Assembly (NCBI GenBank): GCA_963708075.1
Contig: OY970194.1
Location: forward strand, 5,408,001 to 5,472,000
Source: Sedimentisphaerales bacterium
GTDB lineage: Bacteria > Planctomycetota > Phycisphaerae > Sedimentisphaerales > Anaerobacaceae
DNA: 64,000 nucleotides
Direction of reading: 5' to 3'
Part shown: positions 49,401-58,227 of the stretch, one piece after another
How positions within the stretch are numbered: the first letter of the stretch is position 1
How the letters are laid out: each line of letters opens with the position of its first letter
Program-made: the position numbers and the translations under genes
The notes under the pieces: model-generated
The model's input: the letters and a program-made list of their open reading frames with translations, nothing else
What the model was told of the DNA's origin: nothing
Database searches by the model: none

Positions 49401-50240
49401 ATGTACGAATTCCTGCTGCGAACTGAAACGCTCTTGATCGGCCTGCGACCGCCGGTGTTGCTGGGCGTTGGGGCCGTCGCCCTTGCGATCGGTCTGGTCT
49501 TCTGGCTTGCGGGCACGCGGTATAGCACCGCCATTATGGCCTTGTTCGGCGCCGTTATTGGCGCCGCCATCGGCTTGATGGCCGGCAATCGCTTTGACGT
49601 ACACCCGTGGCTGAGCATCCTGATCGGGGCCGTGGTGGTGGCCGTGCTGGCCATCCTGCTCAAGAAAGTCCTGGTTCTCGTTCTGGCGGTGCTGATTCTC
49701 TCGGCCGTCAGCGGCGTCGGGTACGTCTCCGTGGTCCTCGATTACACCGCGCCTCCGCCTCCATCCGACACCGAGACGGAGCAGATCACGGTTTATCACC
49801 CCTTCCTGCAAATGGCGCCGGAAGCCCGCATGGAGTACGTCGACCGGATCAGCAATGAGTCGCCGACCTTCCTGGACCGGCTCAAAGCCCTGTTCGCCGA
49901 CACCTGGGCCGCCATCAAGCCGCATACAACGCCGGCTCTTATCGCCATCGTCGTTGGCGCGGTCGTGGCCCTGGTGCTCGTCTGGCTCATCGCGAAAATC
50001 ATCATCCCTTTGGCGTACAGCATCATCGGGGTGGCGGCCATCTTCATCGGCCTGCAGGCGGCCCTGCTGTCCGTCAATGTTCGCGCCACCTCCGACCTGA
50101 ACCCGCGTCCGTGGCTTTTGCCTGTCATCTTCCTCGTTCTGGTCGTCATCGGCTGGATGTGGCAGCTCTTCTTCTACCGCCCGGTAAGAGTTGTGCACGA
50201 GGAGCCCGAAGAGGTGCACGAGGTATCCCACAGGCGATAA
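49401..50240 (+). CDS. Multi-pass membrane protein of unknown function
   Basis: About 7 hydrophobic segments with a central soluble loop; host-like codon usage. Confidence 0.75.
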   Translation: MYEFLLRTETLLIGLRPPVLLGVGAVALAIGLVFWLAGTRYSTAIMALFGAVIGAAIGLMAGNRFDVHPWLSILIGAVVVAVLAILLKKVLVLVLAVLILSAVSGVGYVSVVLDYTAPPPPSDTETEQITVYHPFLQMAPEARMEYVDRISNESPTFLDRLKALFADTWAAIKPHTTPALIAIVVGAVVALVLVWLIAKIIIPLAYSIIGVAAIFIGLQAALLSVNVRATSDLNPRPWLLPVIFLVLVVIGWMWQLFFYRPVRVVHEEPEEVHEVSHRR

Positions 50241-50458
50241 GGGGTGCACGAAAGAAAAGTGCCAATGGAAGTGGGTGGCAGCGTCATGCCTGCCCCATCG
50301 CAACTTCATCCTGCGCCCATGCGAACGACATACGTCTAATTCTCTTGATCGTTTCCACGGGGAAAGTACAATGATTTGGGAGCGGGCGAAAGGGGACCGG
50401 GTGGTGGAGATCGATTGCAGGTTCGACGGGTTTGTTCACGTGGGGGCACGTACCGCAG

Positions 50459-51532
50459 ATGATCAGAAATCTCGAATCCAACGCTTCGGATTGCGATTTG
50501 GCCGACGCGCTGCAGAAAATCAAGGGCAGCTTGCATGGCAAAATGGCCCATGCGAACCTATTCCTTCTGCCGAAGGACGGGGCCGGCCCGGCGTCCACAT
50601 CCATCGCGGCATTCCTTTATGAGAGCCTTCGGCGCGAGTTCTCCGTGTCCATTTTTGGGGCGAGCCTGCCTGGGCACAACGGTAATGACAGCCCGACAGG
50701 GTATCTCTGCATCGCTATCGACTGCTCACAGCCGGAGAGGGTAAGGGATACCATCAAGAAGCGATTGTGGCTCACGCGGGGCGAATCCGTCGCGGGGACG
50801 ACGTTGAACGATATCCTTTGCGGCCGACACGAGAAGCCAGTCCGAGAATTCCGCCTGGAAGAATACGGCCTCTTCGTCCCCTGCAGAACGAGGAAATTCG
50901 CGGACATCCGGACGCATTCCTTCGCTCACAGTCCGGCCTACTACCGCTACCGGCTCGCCCTGGCTCGCACGGAACATCTGCCCGGGCCCATGGCCGACTT
51001 TCTGCACGCCCTGTTCGCCGACTGTCCGAATCATCTGTTCGGCCAGACGATGTGCCGGGCGTCGCGCATAGCCCGCAGCGGGCTCGACGTCGAGATTGCC
51101 CTGACGAGACTGAAGGACCACGCCATCATCGCCCTGGCCGATAAAAGCCGCAGGTTCGACGAGGTCAGCAGCCGCCACGAGAATCTCCAGAAGTTCTTCC
51201 TCGATCCCAATCCGAACACGATTGCCTGCGAAGTGCCCGTCTGGGCGGAGGCGTGGGAGTTCGAGGACTATCCCCGGCTGCTGGGGACCCGCGATACCCT
51301 CACCGGCCACATCGACGTCCTGCGCCATGAAGATGACGGCCTGCTCGGCGTCTGGGACTACAAGCCCCGCGCTGCTGCCGAGCGCAAGGCCCACATCCAA
51401 GTCTTCCTCTACGCTCTGATGCTGGCCCTGCGAACGGGTCTGCCCATGAGCGCCTTCCTCTGCGGCTACTTCGACGAGAAAGACGCCTACATCTTCCACC
51501 CATCCCAGGTCAGAGTCGTTCATGAGCCCTGA
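50459..51532 (+). CDS. PD-(D/E)XK (RecB-family-like) nuclease domain protein
   Basis: 'ACEVPVW', 'TGHIDVL', 'VWDYKP', 'QVFLYA'; start uncertain. Confidence 0.75.
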   Translation: MIRNLESNASDCDLADALQKIKGSLHGKMAHANLFLLPKDGAGPASTSIAAFLYESLRREFSVSIFGASLPGHNGNDSPTGYLCIAIDCSQPERVRDTIKKRLWLTRGESVAGTTLNDILCGRHEKPVREFRLEEYGLFVPCRTRKFADIRTHSFAHSPAYYRYRLALARTEHLPGPMADFLHALFADCPNHLFGQTMCRASRIARSGLDVEIALTRLKDHAIIALADKSRRFDEVSSRHENLQKFFLDPNPNTIACEVPVWAEAWEFEDYPRLLGTRDTLTGHIDVLRHEDDGLLGVWDYKPRAAAERKAHIQVFLYALMLALRTGLPMSAFLCGYFDEKDAYIFHPSQVRVVHEP

Positions 51533-51557
51533 TAACGCGGAATTCGTGCGCCGAGCT

Positions 51558-51649
51558 TGTCATCCTGAGCGCAGCGAAGGATCTGGGCTGCGAACGGGAG
51601 AGACCTCCTATTCGATGGCCAGATCCTTCGACTTCGCCTCAGGATGACA
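51558..51649. repeat. TGTCATCCTGAG...CTCAGGATGACA palindromic element
   Basis: Same family as 7363-7463; lies between convergent genes. Confidence 0.85.
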
Positions 51650-51665
51650 GAGAATTTGCGCGTCC

Positions 51666-54600
51666 TCACTCCTCGATGATCTGCTTCATGGCGAAGGGCT
51701 CGAAGAGGCCGTAATCGACGGTGTGATAGCTGTTGCCGGCCGGGGGACCGGTCTCGGGGGCTTTCTGGAAGCTGCCGGGCCAGGCACTGCCGAGGCCTGT
51801 GCCGGCGTGATGCGGGCCGAGCGTGTTCTTCAACGTACCGATCACGTGGACCTCGATTGTGTTTGCACCCGGCTTGATGAGCTTCGTCACGTCGCATTGC
51901 CATGGCTGAAACGCGATGTGACCTGCCGATTTGCCGTTGACGAGCACTTCCGCGACGCTGCCGTACCATTTGCCCGGCTCGACGATGTACCGCCCCGCGG
52001 GCTTCTGGATATCGAACTTGCGAGTGTACGAGACGCCGGTGGCGTACATCGGGTATCCCTGACCCTTCCAACTGCCGAGAGCCAGCGTCGGCTTTGAGCC
52101 GCCCACAACGACAAACCCGGATTCAGTGGGCTTGAGCGTGAACGTGCCGAGCAGGTAGGCCGACTCCAGCTCATGGTAGATCGTGAATGGCGACGCCTTA
52201 ATCGTCACGGTGTTTTCGCCGACTTTGGCTGCTTTCGCAACATCGATTCTGCCGAATGATTTGTCGAGCCACCAGGCGTCTTTCTCCGCCGAGATCGCCT
52301 GACCGTTGCAGGTGATCGTGTACAGGTCCGGCCGCTCGATAACGATGGAGAGCCGCTCAGGTACTCGCTGCTCGATGGCGAATCGGTACGTGGCCTCGAA
52401 TCCGCTGCCGGCGTCGAATGTTTTCTTGATCAGCTCATCGCGGAATTGCACGGAGCTGTCCCACGGGTTGCGGGGCATGCCATTTTTCGCAAATGCGAAC
52501 TGTGACGCCCTATAGAAGTACAGGTTCTTCTTCGTCTCGCCCTGGGCCGTGACATCGACGTAATCGAGGGTCAGCACGTTGTCTTCCAGCGGCGCGATCT
52601 CAAGTTCGCTCACCGGCTCGACCGCCTTGACAGTCCGCACGGGCTGTTTTGCGGGAACTGCGGCTTTCCTGGATAGGAACAACAGCAGACTGCCGCAGGG
52701 CGGAAGCTCGAATCGGGCCTTCACGCCGGCATCGGCCTTCTGGAAAGGATACGGGGACGTCTGTGCGGCAGCCAGATCCCACTGCTCGATCCCTTGAGCC
52801 GAGGATGTGATGGACCCAGCCGAAGGAGCGTCGATGCTCGTATTCACAAGCAGAAGGAACTCGCCATCGTCGATTACCCGCCTGTGATGAAACAGATTGC
52901 CCTTATCGCCATTGTCCCGCCCGATGGCAAACCCATCCTTCGTGCGGGCCAGGAGCATGGCCGGTGCCTCGGAGGCCTCGATCCGTTTCCACCCTGAGCC
53001 TTTTGCCGCTGCCTCCCCTCGGTCGGAGACGCCGCCGTCCACATGAGACGGAGCTTCACCGCAACAGAGCACTACGCCGCCCGCCTTTGCGTACGCGGCC
53101 AATAGGTCCATGGTCTGCCTGTTGAGGTTCTCCGTCAGTGGCGGCAGGACTATGGTTTCATATGTGCCTTGCCCAATCTTGAACTGTACGCCATCCACCG
53201 ACGCGTGGCGAGCGATAATGTCCTCGCAGCCGATGTCGTATTCCACCTGTGCCCGCTCCAGGGCGATCAGCATTTGCTGGAAGCGGTTGCCGACCTCGTT
53301 GAGGTGCGCCGCGTCACCCTGGTACATCCACGCGGTCGTTGTCGGCTCCAGGACGAGGATGCGATTGAGCTGCCGGCCCTGGGACATGATCATCGACAGT
53401 CTCGTGAAGTACTCCGCCATCACGTGATACGCCTTCCACCAGGGCTCATGATAGGAGAACGATTGCGGATGATCGCGTTTGCGGGCGCCGCGGATCGTGA
53501 TGTAGGAGAGGTGCTCGTCGAGCGTGTTGACGCCGAGGACGTAAATCCAGTCGCCGATTCGCTTCATGTCCTCGAAGCGCAGGTCCCATCCGCCCGCGCC
53601 GTACGCCTCGCACAGGGTGCGTGGCTGGCCAAGCTGATTGACGACGCTCGACAGCTCCTTGACGACCCGGGCGTTTCCAAACTGGGCGTGCGTGCCCTCA
53701 TCGTACTGGTTCATCAGGATGTCGATCGAGGGCCTCTGGTGCCACGCGTACATGGCCATGTTGTCGGGCGACATGAGGCAGTTGGGCCACTCGTGCTCCC
53801 AGTAGTGGCCTGTGAACTCGATGCCGTGCCTTTGGCAGTATTCATAGTACGGCTTGGCCCAGCGCTCGATGAACAGATCGAGCAGGACCTGCTCGTAGTT
53901 GTGTCGCACGCGTCTCCAGTCGCCGACCGGCCGGACGAGACTTGGCAGGTTGTCCATCAGGTCGTAGCCCCAGCGTTTCTGGAACACCTGCGGCAGATCA
54001 TCCGCCCACGGCAGGCCGCCCGCCGGCAGGATCTCCGGCTCATCGGTGAAAACGCCCGGCACGCGCTTGCCGTACTGCTCGCCGATGTTGCGCGTGTACG
54101 GGTCCATCGTGACCTCCAGGAACTTCTGCGTGACGCCCGGAGTGAGGAGATTGACGTAGAACTTGCCGCCATGCCAGGGCGAGGTGCCCGCCCAGCGCAG
54201 GGACGCGACGAGGTATTTCCCTTGTGGAAGTTGTCCCTCGGCCTTTGCCTGTTTGGTGACGTTTTCATAGCCATCCTGCACCGGCCGATACACGGCCACG
54301 CAGTTCTCGTCGATCTTGATCGGCGACTCCTGCTCCCGGAGCTCGATACCCTTGCCGCGGGACTCCGGCATTGCGTCCGGGACAAACCCGCCGGCGAAGC
54401 CGGATGGATACGAGTTCTCATCGTAGATCCAGATGTTCATGTCGAGCCGCTCGGCTTCGCCCAAGGCCGCTTTCCACAGTCGGAACCAGTCCTCCGACAG
54501 GTACGGCGTCATCAGTCCCGGCCGAGGATGCACGAACGCCTGTTTCACTTTCTGGCCGGCCAGATCGCGGAGCGTGCCGACGATCTGCTCCTCGGTCAGC

Positions 54601-54794
54601 ATGTCGTTCCAGACCCACAGCGGGGCGGAACTGTACTCCCGCGGCGGCGCCGCAAACGAATTCTTCAGCTTGGCGGAGTCCACGGCCTGGCCGGGCGCAG
54701 CCAGACTCGCACAGAAAACCGCCGCCAGTGCGAATAACGCAGTGAGTGAACCACGAGACGTGACAACCGTTGTGAATGGAGCGCGCTCGATCAT
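51666..54794 (-). CDS. Secreted glycoside hydrolase, GH106 (alpha-L-rhamnosidase)-like
   Basis: 'PLWVWN', 'HPRPGL.TPYLSEDW', 'WIYDE.SYPSG.AGG', 'FTDEP', 'CEAYG..GW'. Confidence 0.8.
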   Translation of the reverse strand: MIERAPFTTVVTSRGSLTALFALAAVFCASLAAPGQAVDSAKLKNSFAAPPREYSSAPLWVWNDMLTEEQIVGTLRDLAGQKVKQAFVHPRPGLMTPYLSEDWFRLWKAALGEAERLDMNIWIYDENSYPSGFAGGFVPDAMPESRGKGIELREQESPIKIDENCVAVYRPVQDGYENVTKQAKAEGQLPQGKYLVASLRWAGTSPWHGGKFYVNLLTPGVTQKFLEVTMDPYTRNIGEQYGKRVPGVFTDEPEILPAGGLPWADDLPQVFQKRWGYDLMDNLPSLVRPVGDWRRVRHNYEQVLLDLFIERWAKPYYEYCQRHGIEFTGHYWEHEWPNCLMSPDNMAMYAWHQRPSIDILMNQYDEGTHAQFGNARVVKELSSVVNQLGQPRTLCEAYGAGGWDLRFEDMKRIGDWIYVLGVNTLDEHLSYITIRGARKRDHPQSFSYHEPWWKAYHVMAEYFTRLSMIMSQGRQLNRILVLEPTTTAWMYQGDAAHLNEVGNRFQQMLIALERAQVEYDIGCEDIIARHASVDGVQFKIGQGTYETIVLPPLTENLNRQTMDLLAAYAKAGGVVLCCGEAPSHVDGGVSDRGEAAAKGSGWKRIEASEAPAMLLARTKDGFAIGRDNGDKGNLFHHRRVIDDGEFLLLVNTSIDAPSAGSITSSAQGIEQWDLAAAQTSPYPFQKADAGVKARFELPPCGSLLLFLSRKAAVPAKQPVRTVKAVEPVSELEIAPLEDNVLTLDYVDVTAQGETKKNLYFYRASQFAFAKNGMPRNPWDSSVQFRDELIKKTFDAGSGFEATYRFAIEQRVPERLSIVIERPDLYTITCNGQAISAEKDAWWLDKSFGRIDVAKAAKVGENTVTIKASPFTIYHELESAYLLGTFTLKPTESGFVVVGGSKPTLALGSWKGQGYPMYATGVSYTRKFDIQKPAGRYIVEPGKWYGSVAEVLVNGKSAGHIAFQPWQCDVTKLIKPGANTIEVHVIGTLKNTLGPHHAGTGLGSAWPGSFQKAPETGPPAGNSYHTVDYGLFEPFAMKQIIEE

Positions 54795-54934
54795 AGCCAG
54801 TCACCTCAATTCCATGTGCCAGTCAGCTTGTCGCCGGGACAACGATATGCCCGGCATCAACTCGCCTGTGCATGATAAGCGAGCGGATTCTCCTTGCACA
54901 ACAGGAATCCCGGCGCTCCATTGCGCCGTGGGCT

Positions 54935-55042
54935 GGATGGCACGGGCAAACTCGTTTGCCCGTGGGGTTCCGGAGGATTAAGCCTGGCTAAAGGAGCATC
55001 GTCAAACGAGTTGGCAACCCAACGAGTTTGGCGGTGCCACCC
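54935..55042. repeat. Variant GG(A/G)TGGCA REP-like doublet with AACTCGTT loop
   Basis: GGATGGCACGGGCAAACTCGTTTGCCCGTG ... CAACGAGTTTGGCGGTGCCACCC; a further partial copy at about 55115-55138. Confidence 0.6.
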
Positions 55043-55097
55043 GTCTCTGGCGTGATGTCCTCTCTCACTTGCTGTGTAAAGTGCCGCTACCCAAGAC

Positions 55098-55955
55098 TCA
55101 AGGAGTTGGGACGCTGCCAACGAGTTTGGCGGCGCCAGTCGCCTCCACCGCGACCTCTTCTCGGGTCTGCTGCGTGACGCGCTGGCGGTAGCATTGCCAG
55201 ATGGCTTCGAGGGCGGGGGCGGCACGCATGGGCAGGCGGAGATCGACGAGGTCGGAGACCTCGCTGGATTGAGGATTGATCTCGATGGTGGGCCTGCCGA
55301 GGGTGGCGGCCATGCGGACCGGCTCGGCGACATAGGGGAACATGCTGCTGGTGCCGATGGTGAAGACCGTGTCGAACCCGCGATCCAGTTCCAGGAACAG
55401 CGGCATGAGCTTCTCCAGGGGGAGGGTTTCGCCGAACAGGACGACGTCCGGCCTCAGGATCGTGCCGCAGTTGGGGCATCGCGGCGGCACACTCAGGCCG
55501 CAGTAATCGGGCACCGTCCGGCGGTACCGGCAGCGCGTGCAGCGCAGATTGTGCAGGTCACCGTGGATGTCGATGACGTTCTTCGCCCCGGCAGCACGAT
55601 GAAAGCCGGTGATGTTCTGTGTCAGCGTCCAGACGCGCTCGAAGTGCCGCTCCATCTCCGCAATCACTTCATGTGCTCGATTGTGCCGGGCGCCGCGACA
55701 GGTGCGCTCGATCAAGGCCAGGTACTTCCACGTCAGTTCCGGGAAGTCCCGCATGATGTCGCCGGCCAGGGCCCGCTCGACGGGCAGGCCGTCTTCCGCC
55801 GTGTCGATGTCAAACAGTCCGCCCGAGCCGCAATAGGTCGGCAGGCCGGAGTCCGCGGAGATGCCGGCGCCGGTGATAAACAGGATGCTGCGGCTGTGTG
55901 CGAGCGTGTCCGCGATCTGGTCGATGATGGTTTGGTTGTCGGTCATAGTTTCCAT
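55098..55955 (-). CDS. Sir2/CobB family NAD-dependent deacylase (atypical motifs)
   Basis: 'TGAGISADSG.PT', 'TQNITGFH', 'IHG', two CxxC pairs, 'RPDVVLFGE', 'IGTS', 'EINP'. Confidence 0.88.
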   Translation of the reverse strand: METMTDNQTIIDQIADTLAHSRSILFITGAGISADSGLPTYCGSGGLFDIDTAEDGLPVERALAGDIMRDFPELTWKYLALIERTCRGARHNRAHEVIAEMERHFERVWTLTQNITGFHRAAGAKNVIDIHGDLHNLRCTRCRYRRTVPDYCGLSVPPRCPNCGTILRPDVVLFGETLPLEKLMPLFLELDRGFDTVFTIGTSSMFPYVAEPVRMAATLGRPTIEINPQSSEVSDLVDLRLPMRAAPALEAIWQCYRQRVTQQTREEVAVEATGAAKLVGSVPTP

Positions 55956-56179
55956 AAGTGTCACGGACCTCCGGAGTACTCTATGAGCCAAATGGCTGCA
56001 AGTCCCGCAAGAAAGTCTGTCACCCGCCCAAATCTCTCGTGGTTGGGCATCACAAAATTGCCAAGACTACATAGCCGGGAAGCAGGAGAGTTTGATCGTA
56101 AGCGATACCCTCAAAAGCCCGCAGGAGATTCCGCAATACCGAGCGCGAGCCGCCTGCCGGGTCGATGAAGGGCTATTCG

Positions 56180-57370
56180 CTACCCTCTATTTGAGACTGT
56201 TCCGGCCGCCAGTGCCGCAGGAGGCGGCGAAATCTCGCGCAGAGGGTACAACCAGAAGCCCGCGAGAGCGGCGGTCCCGCCGTACAGCTCACGCAAAGTC
56301 AGACCGCGCGGGTAGGGCTCCCTGCGGCGCAACTGCGGCCAGAGCCGTCGCCTCGCCTGGTAGGAAAACCAGTTACGGATGTCCGCAATAGCCGCTTTGC
56401 GGTACGCCGTGTCGGTCGCCGCGATGTGGAGCAGATAGCCGACGTACCCCCGGCCCCAATCGTACATCCTGTCCTGCAGGTTGGCATATTCCTCGGGGTG
56501 GTCGTGCCGGACGGCCGCTGCGGGCTCGTACACGACCTTGTGGCCGTGACGCATCACGCGGAAGAAGATGTCGATGTCCTCCGCCGTCGGGAGTGTCTCG
56601 TCGAATCGGCCGACCCGGTCGAGCACGGACTTGCGAAAGGCCATGTTCGCCCCCGAGCCACGCAGGCAGGAATGCAGCGGCAGGCACAGAGCCTCGGCGT
56701 CGCGGCAGTCCGCGCAGAAGACGTGCCTTTCGAGCCCGCGGTTGAATCCGCCGCCGGTTTCGAGCGGCCACTGGGCCGGCGTTCGCAACCGCAGAGGCAG
56801 GATCGGACCCGTGCAGCAGCCGACCTGTGGATCGCGGAACCCGCAGGCGATGCTTGCCAGCCAGCGAGGGTGCGGGACACAGTCATCGTCGATAAATGCG
56901 ACGATCTCACCGCGCGCTGCGTGTGCTCCGGCGTTGCGCGCGTAGCGGATGCCGCGCCTCGGCTCGGGGACGTACCTTGCCCGGCCGAAGCGCGCGACAA
57001 TCTCGCTCGTACCTGGCTCCTGCGGCGCATTGTCCACGACTATGATCTCGAAGTCACCGTATCGCTGCTGCTCCAGCATCATGAGAATCCCCTCCAGGGC
57101 CGAATCGCGCTGAAAGGTGCACACGACTACGCTGGCGAACGACCGGCAATCGAGCTTCGGCGTCTCCATCCGGCTGAGCGCACTTCGATACTTCCACACC
57201 AACTCCTGCAGCCTCTCCCTCTCGATTCGCCCATCGACCGGCTCCAGTCTCTCGACACCAATCGGCCGGTATGCCGCCCACAGGATCACGTAGACTGCCG
57301 TGTCCTCACCGAGGTGCAGATCGTCGGGCATTCGACGAAGAACATCAATGTCGGCAAGCTCCCAGTGCAT
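56180..57370 (-). CDS. GT2 family glycosyltransferase
   Basis: 'SVVVCT', 'EIIVVDN', 'ARNAG', 'AFIDDD', 'GANMAFR', 'ED.D'. Confidence 0.88.
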   Translation of the reverse strand: MHWELADIDVLRRMPDDLHLGEDTAVYVILWAAYRPIGVERLEPVDGRIERERLQELVWKYRSALSRMETPKLDCRSFASVVVCTFQRDSALEGILMMLEQQRYGDFEIIVVDNAPQEPGTSEIVARFGRARYVPEPRRGIRYARNAGAHAARGEIVAFIDDDCVPHPRWLASIACGFRDPQVGCCTGPILPLRLRTPAQWPLETGGGFNRGLERHVFCADCRDAEALCLPLHSCLRGSGANMAFRKSVLDRVGRFDETLPTAEDIDIFFRVMRHGHKVVYEPAAAVRHDHPEEYANLQDRMYDWGRGYVGYLLHIAATDTAYRKAAIADIRNWFSYQARRRLWPQLRRREPYPRGLTLRELYGGTAALAGFWLYPLREISPPPAALAAGTVSNRG

Positions 57371-57624
57371 AATTTCACCAACTCTCTATACCCATTTTCT
57401 TGCTTGTCCAGCGGCGTGCACAATCGGCAAAGGGATTCATTCGCCGGCGGATATGTCGGCATGCTGCCTGCGGATATCTCGCGAGGCAGTAAGCCCCCGG
57501 CGGAAAGCTCGAATCCGGGGGGATGAGGGATGTATATTGAAAACCACGAAAAATCGGGCGAAGGATTTTCGCGCGTTCGGCTGTATAAGTAAGGAAAGCC
57601 GTAGTGTTGTTTTCGAGCGTGTCC

Positions 57625-58227
57625 ATGGACCAAGCAGAAGAGAAGGCCCTTATCCGGGGGCTGGTCAGGATGGATGAAGGGGCATGGGAGGTATTCTGCA
57701 GCGAGTACTCCTTGTCCTTGCTGGCATACGTTCAGTTGCAGTTCGCCTGCAGTCGTGAGCTGGCGGAGGAAATTGTGCAGATGTCATTCGTCCGATGCGT
57801 GAAATCGATCAAGAGCTTCGATCCGTCTCATGGGCGCCTGTTCACCTGGCTCAAGGCCGTCGCCAGAAACGAAGCACACACAGCGCTGTCTGCGTATCCG
57901 GCACGGTCGGCAGCCGAGTCCGAGATTACATGCGAGGCTATCGAAGGGCTGGATGATGCGGTCCTGCCCGACGAGGTCCTTGCCCGCAAGGAGGCACAAT
58001 TACTGGTCCACGAGGCCTTGATGGAGCTGCCCAGTCGGCACAGGAAGGTGCTGACCCTGAAATATCTGGACAACTGCCGGGTCACCGAGATCGCCAGGGT
58101 GCTCGGGCAGTCGGAAAAGGCGGTCGAGTCGCTGCTGTCCCGGTCCAGAAATGCCTTCAAAGCCATGTTTCTGAAAAAGGCCAACGGCAACAAGGTAACT
58201 GAGAGTGAGCGCACCGATGGAATCTGA
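57625..58227 (+). CDS. ECF RNA polymerase sigma factor
   Basis: 'AEEIVQ.SF', 'LFTWL..VARN', 'LP.RHR.VL.LKY', 'EIA..LG.SEKAVESLLSR'. Confidence 0.92.
   Translation: MDQAEEKALIRGLVRMDEGAWEVFCSEYSLSLLAYVQLQFACSRELAEEIVQMSFVRCVKSIKSFDPSHGRLFTWLKAVARNEAHTALSAYPARSAAESEITCEAIEGLDDAVLPDEVLARKEAQLLVHEALMELPSRHRKVLTLKYLDNCRVTEIARVLGQSEKAVESLLSRSRNAFKAMFLKKANGNKVTESERTDGI

Noticed and set aside
50459..51532. PD-(D/E)XK protein as Cas4
   Set aside because: No C-terminal Fe-S cysteine cluster, and no cas neighbours or array
57400..57600. Possible riboswitch/ncRNA between GT2 and the ECF sigma gene
   Set aside because: Only short hairpins; no riboswitch consensus recognisable by eye
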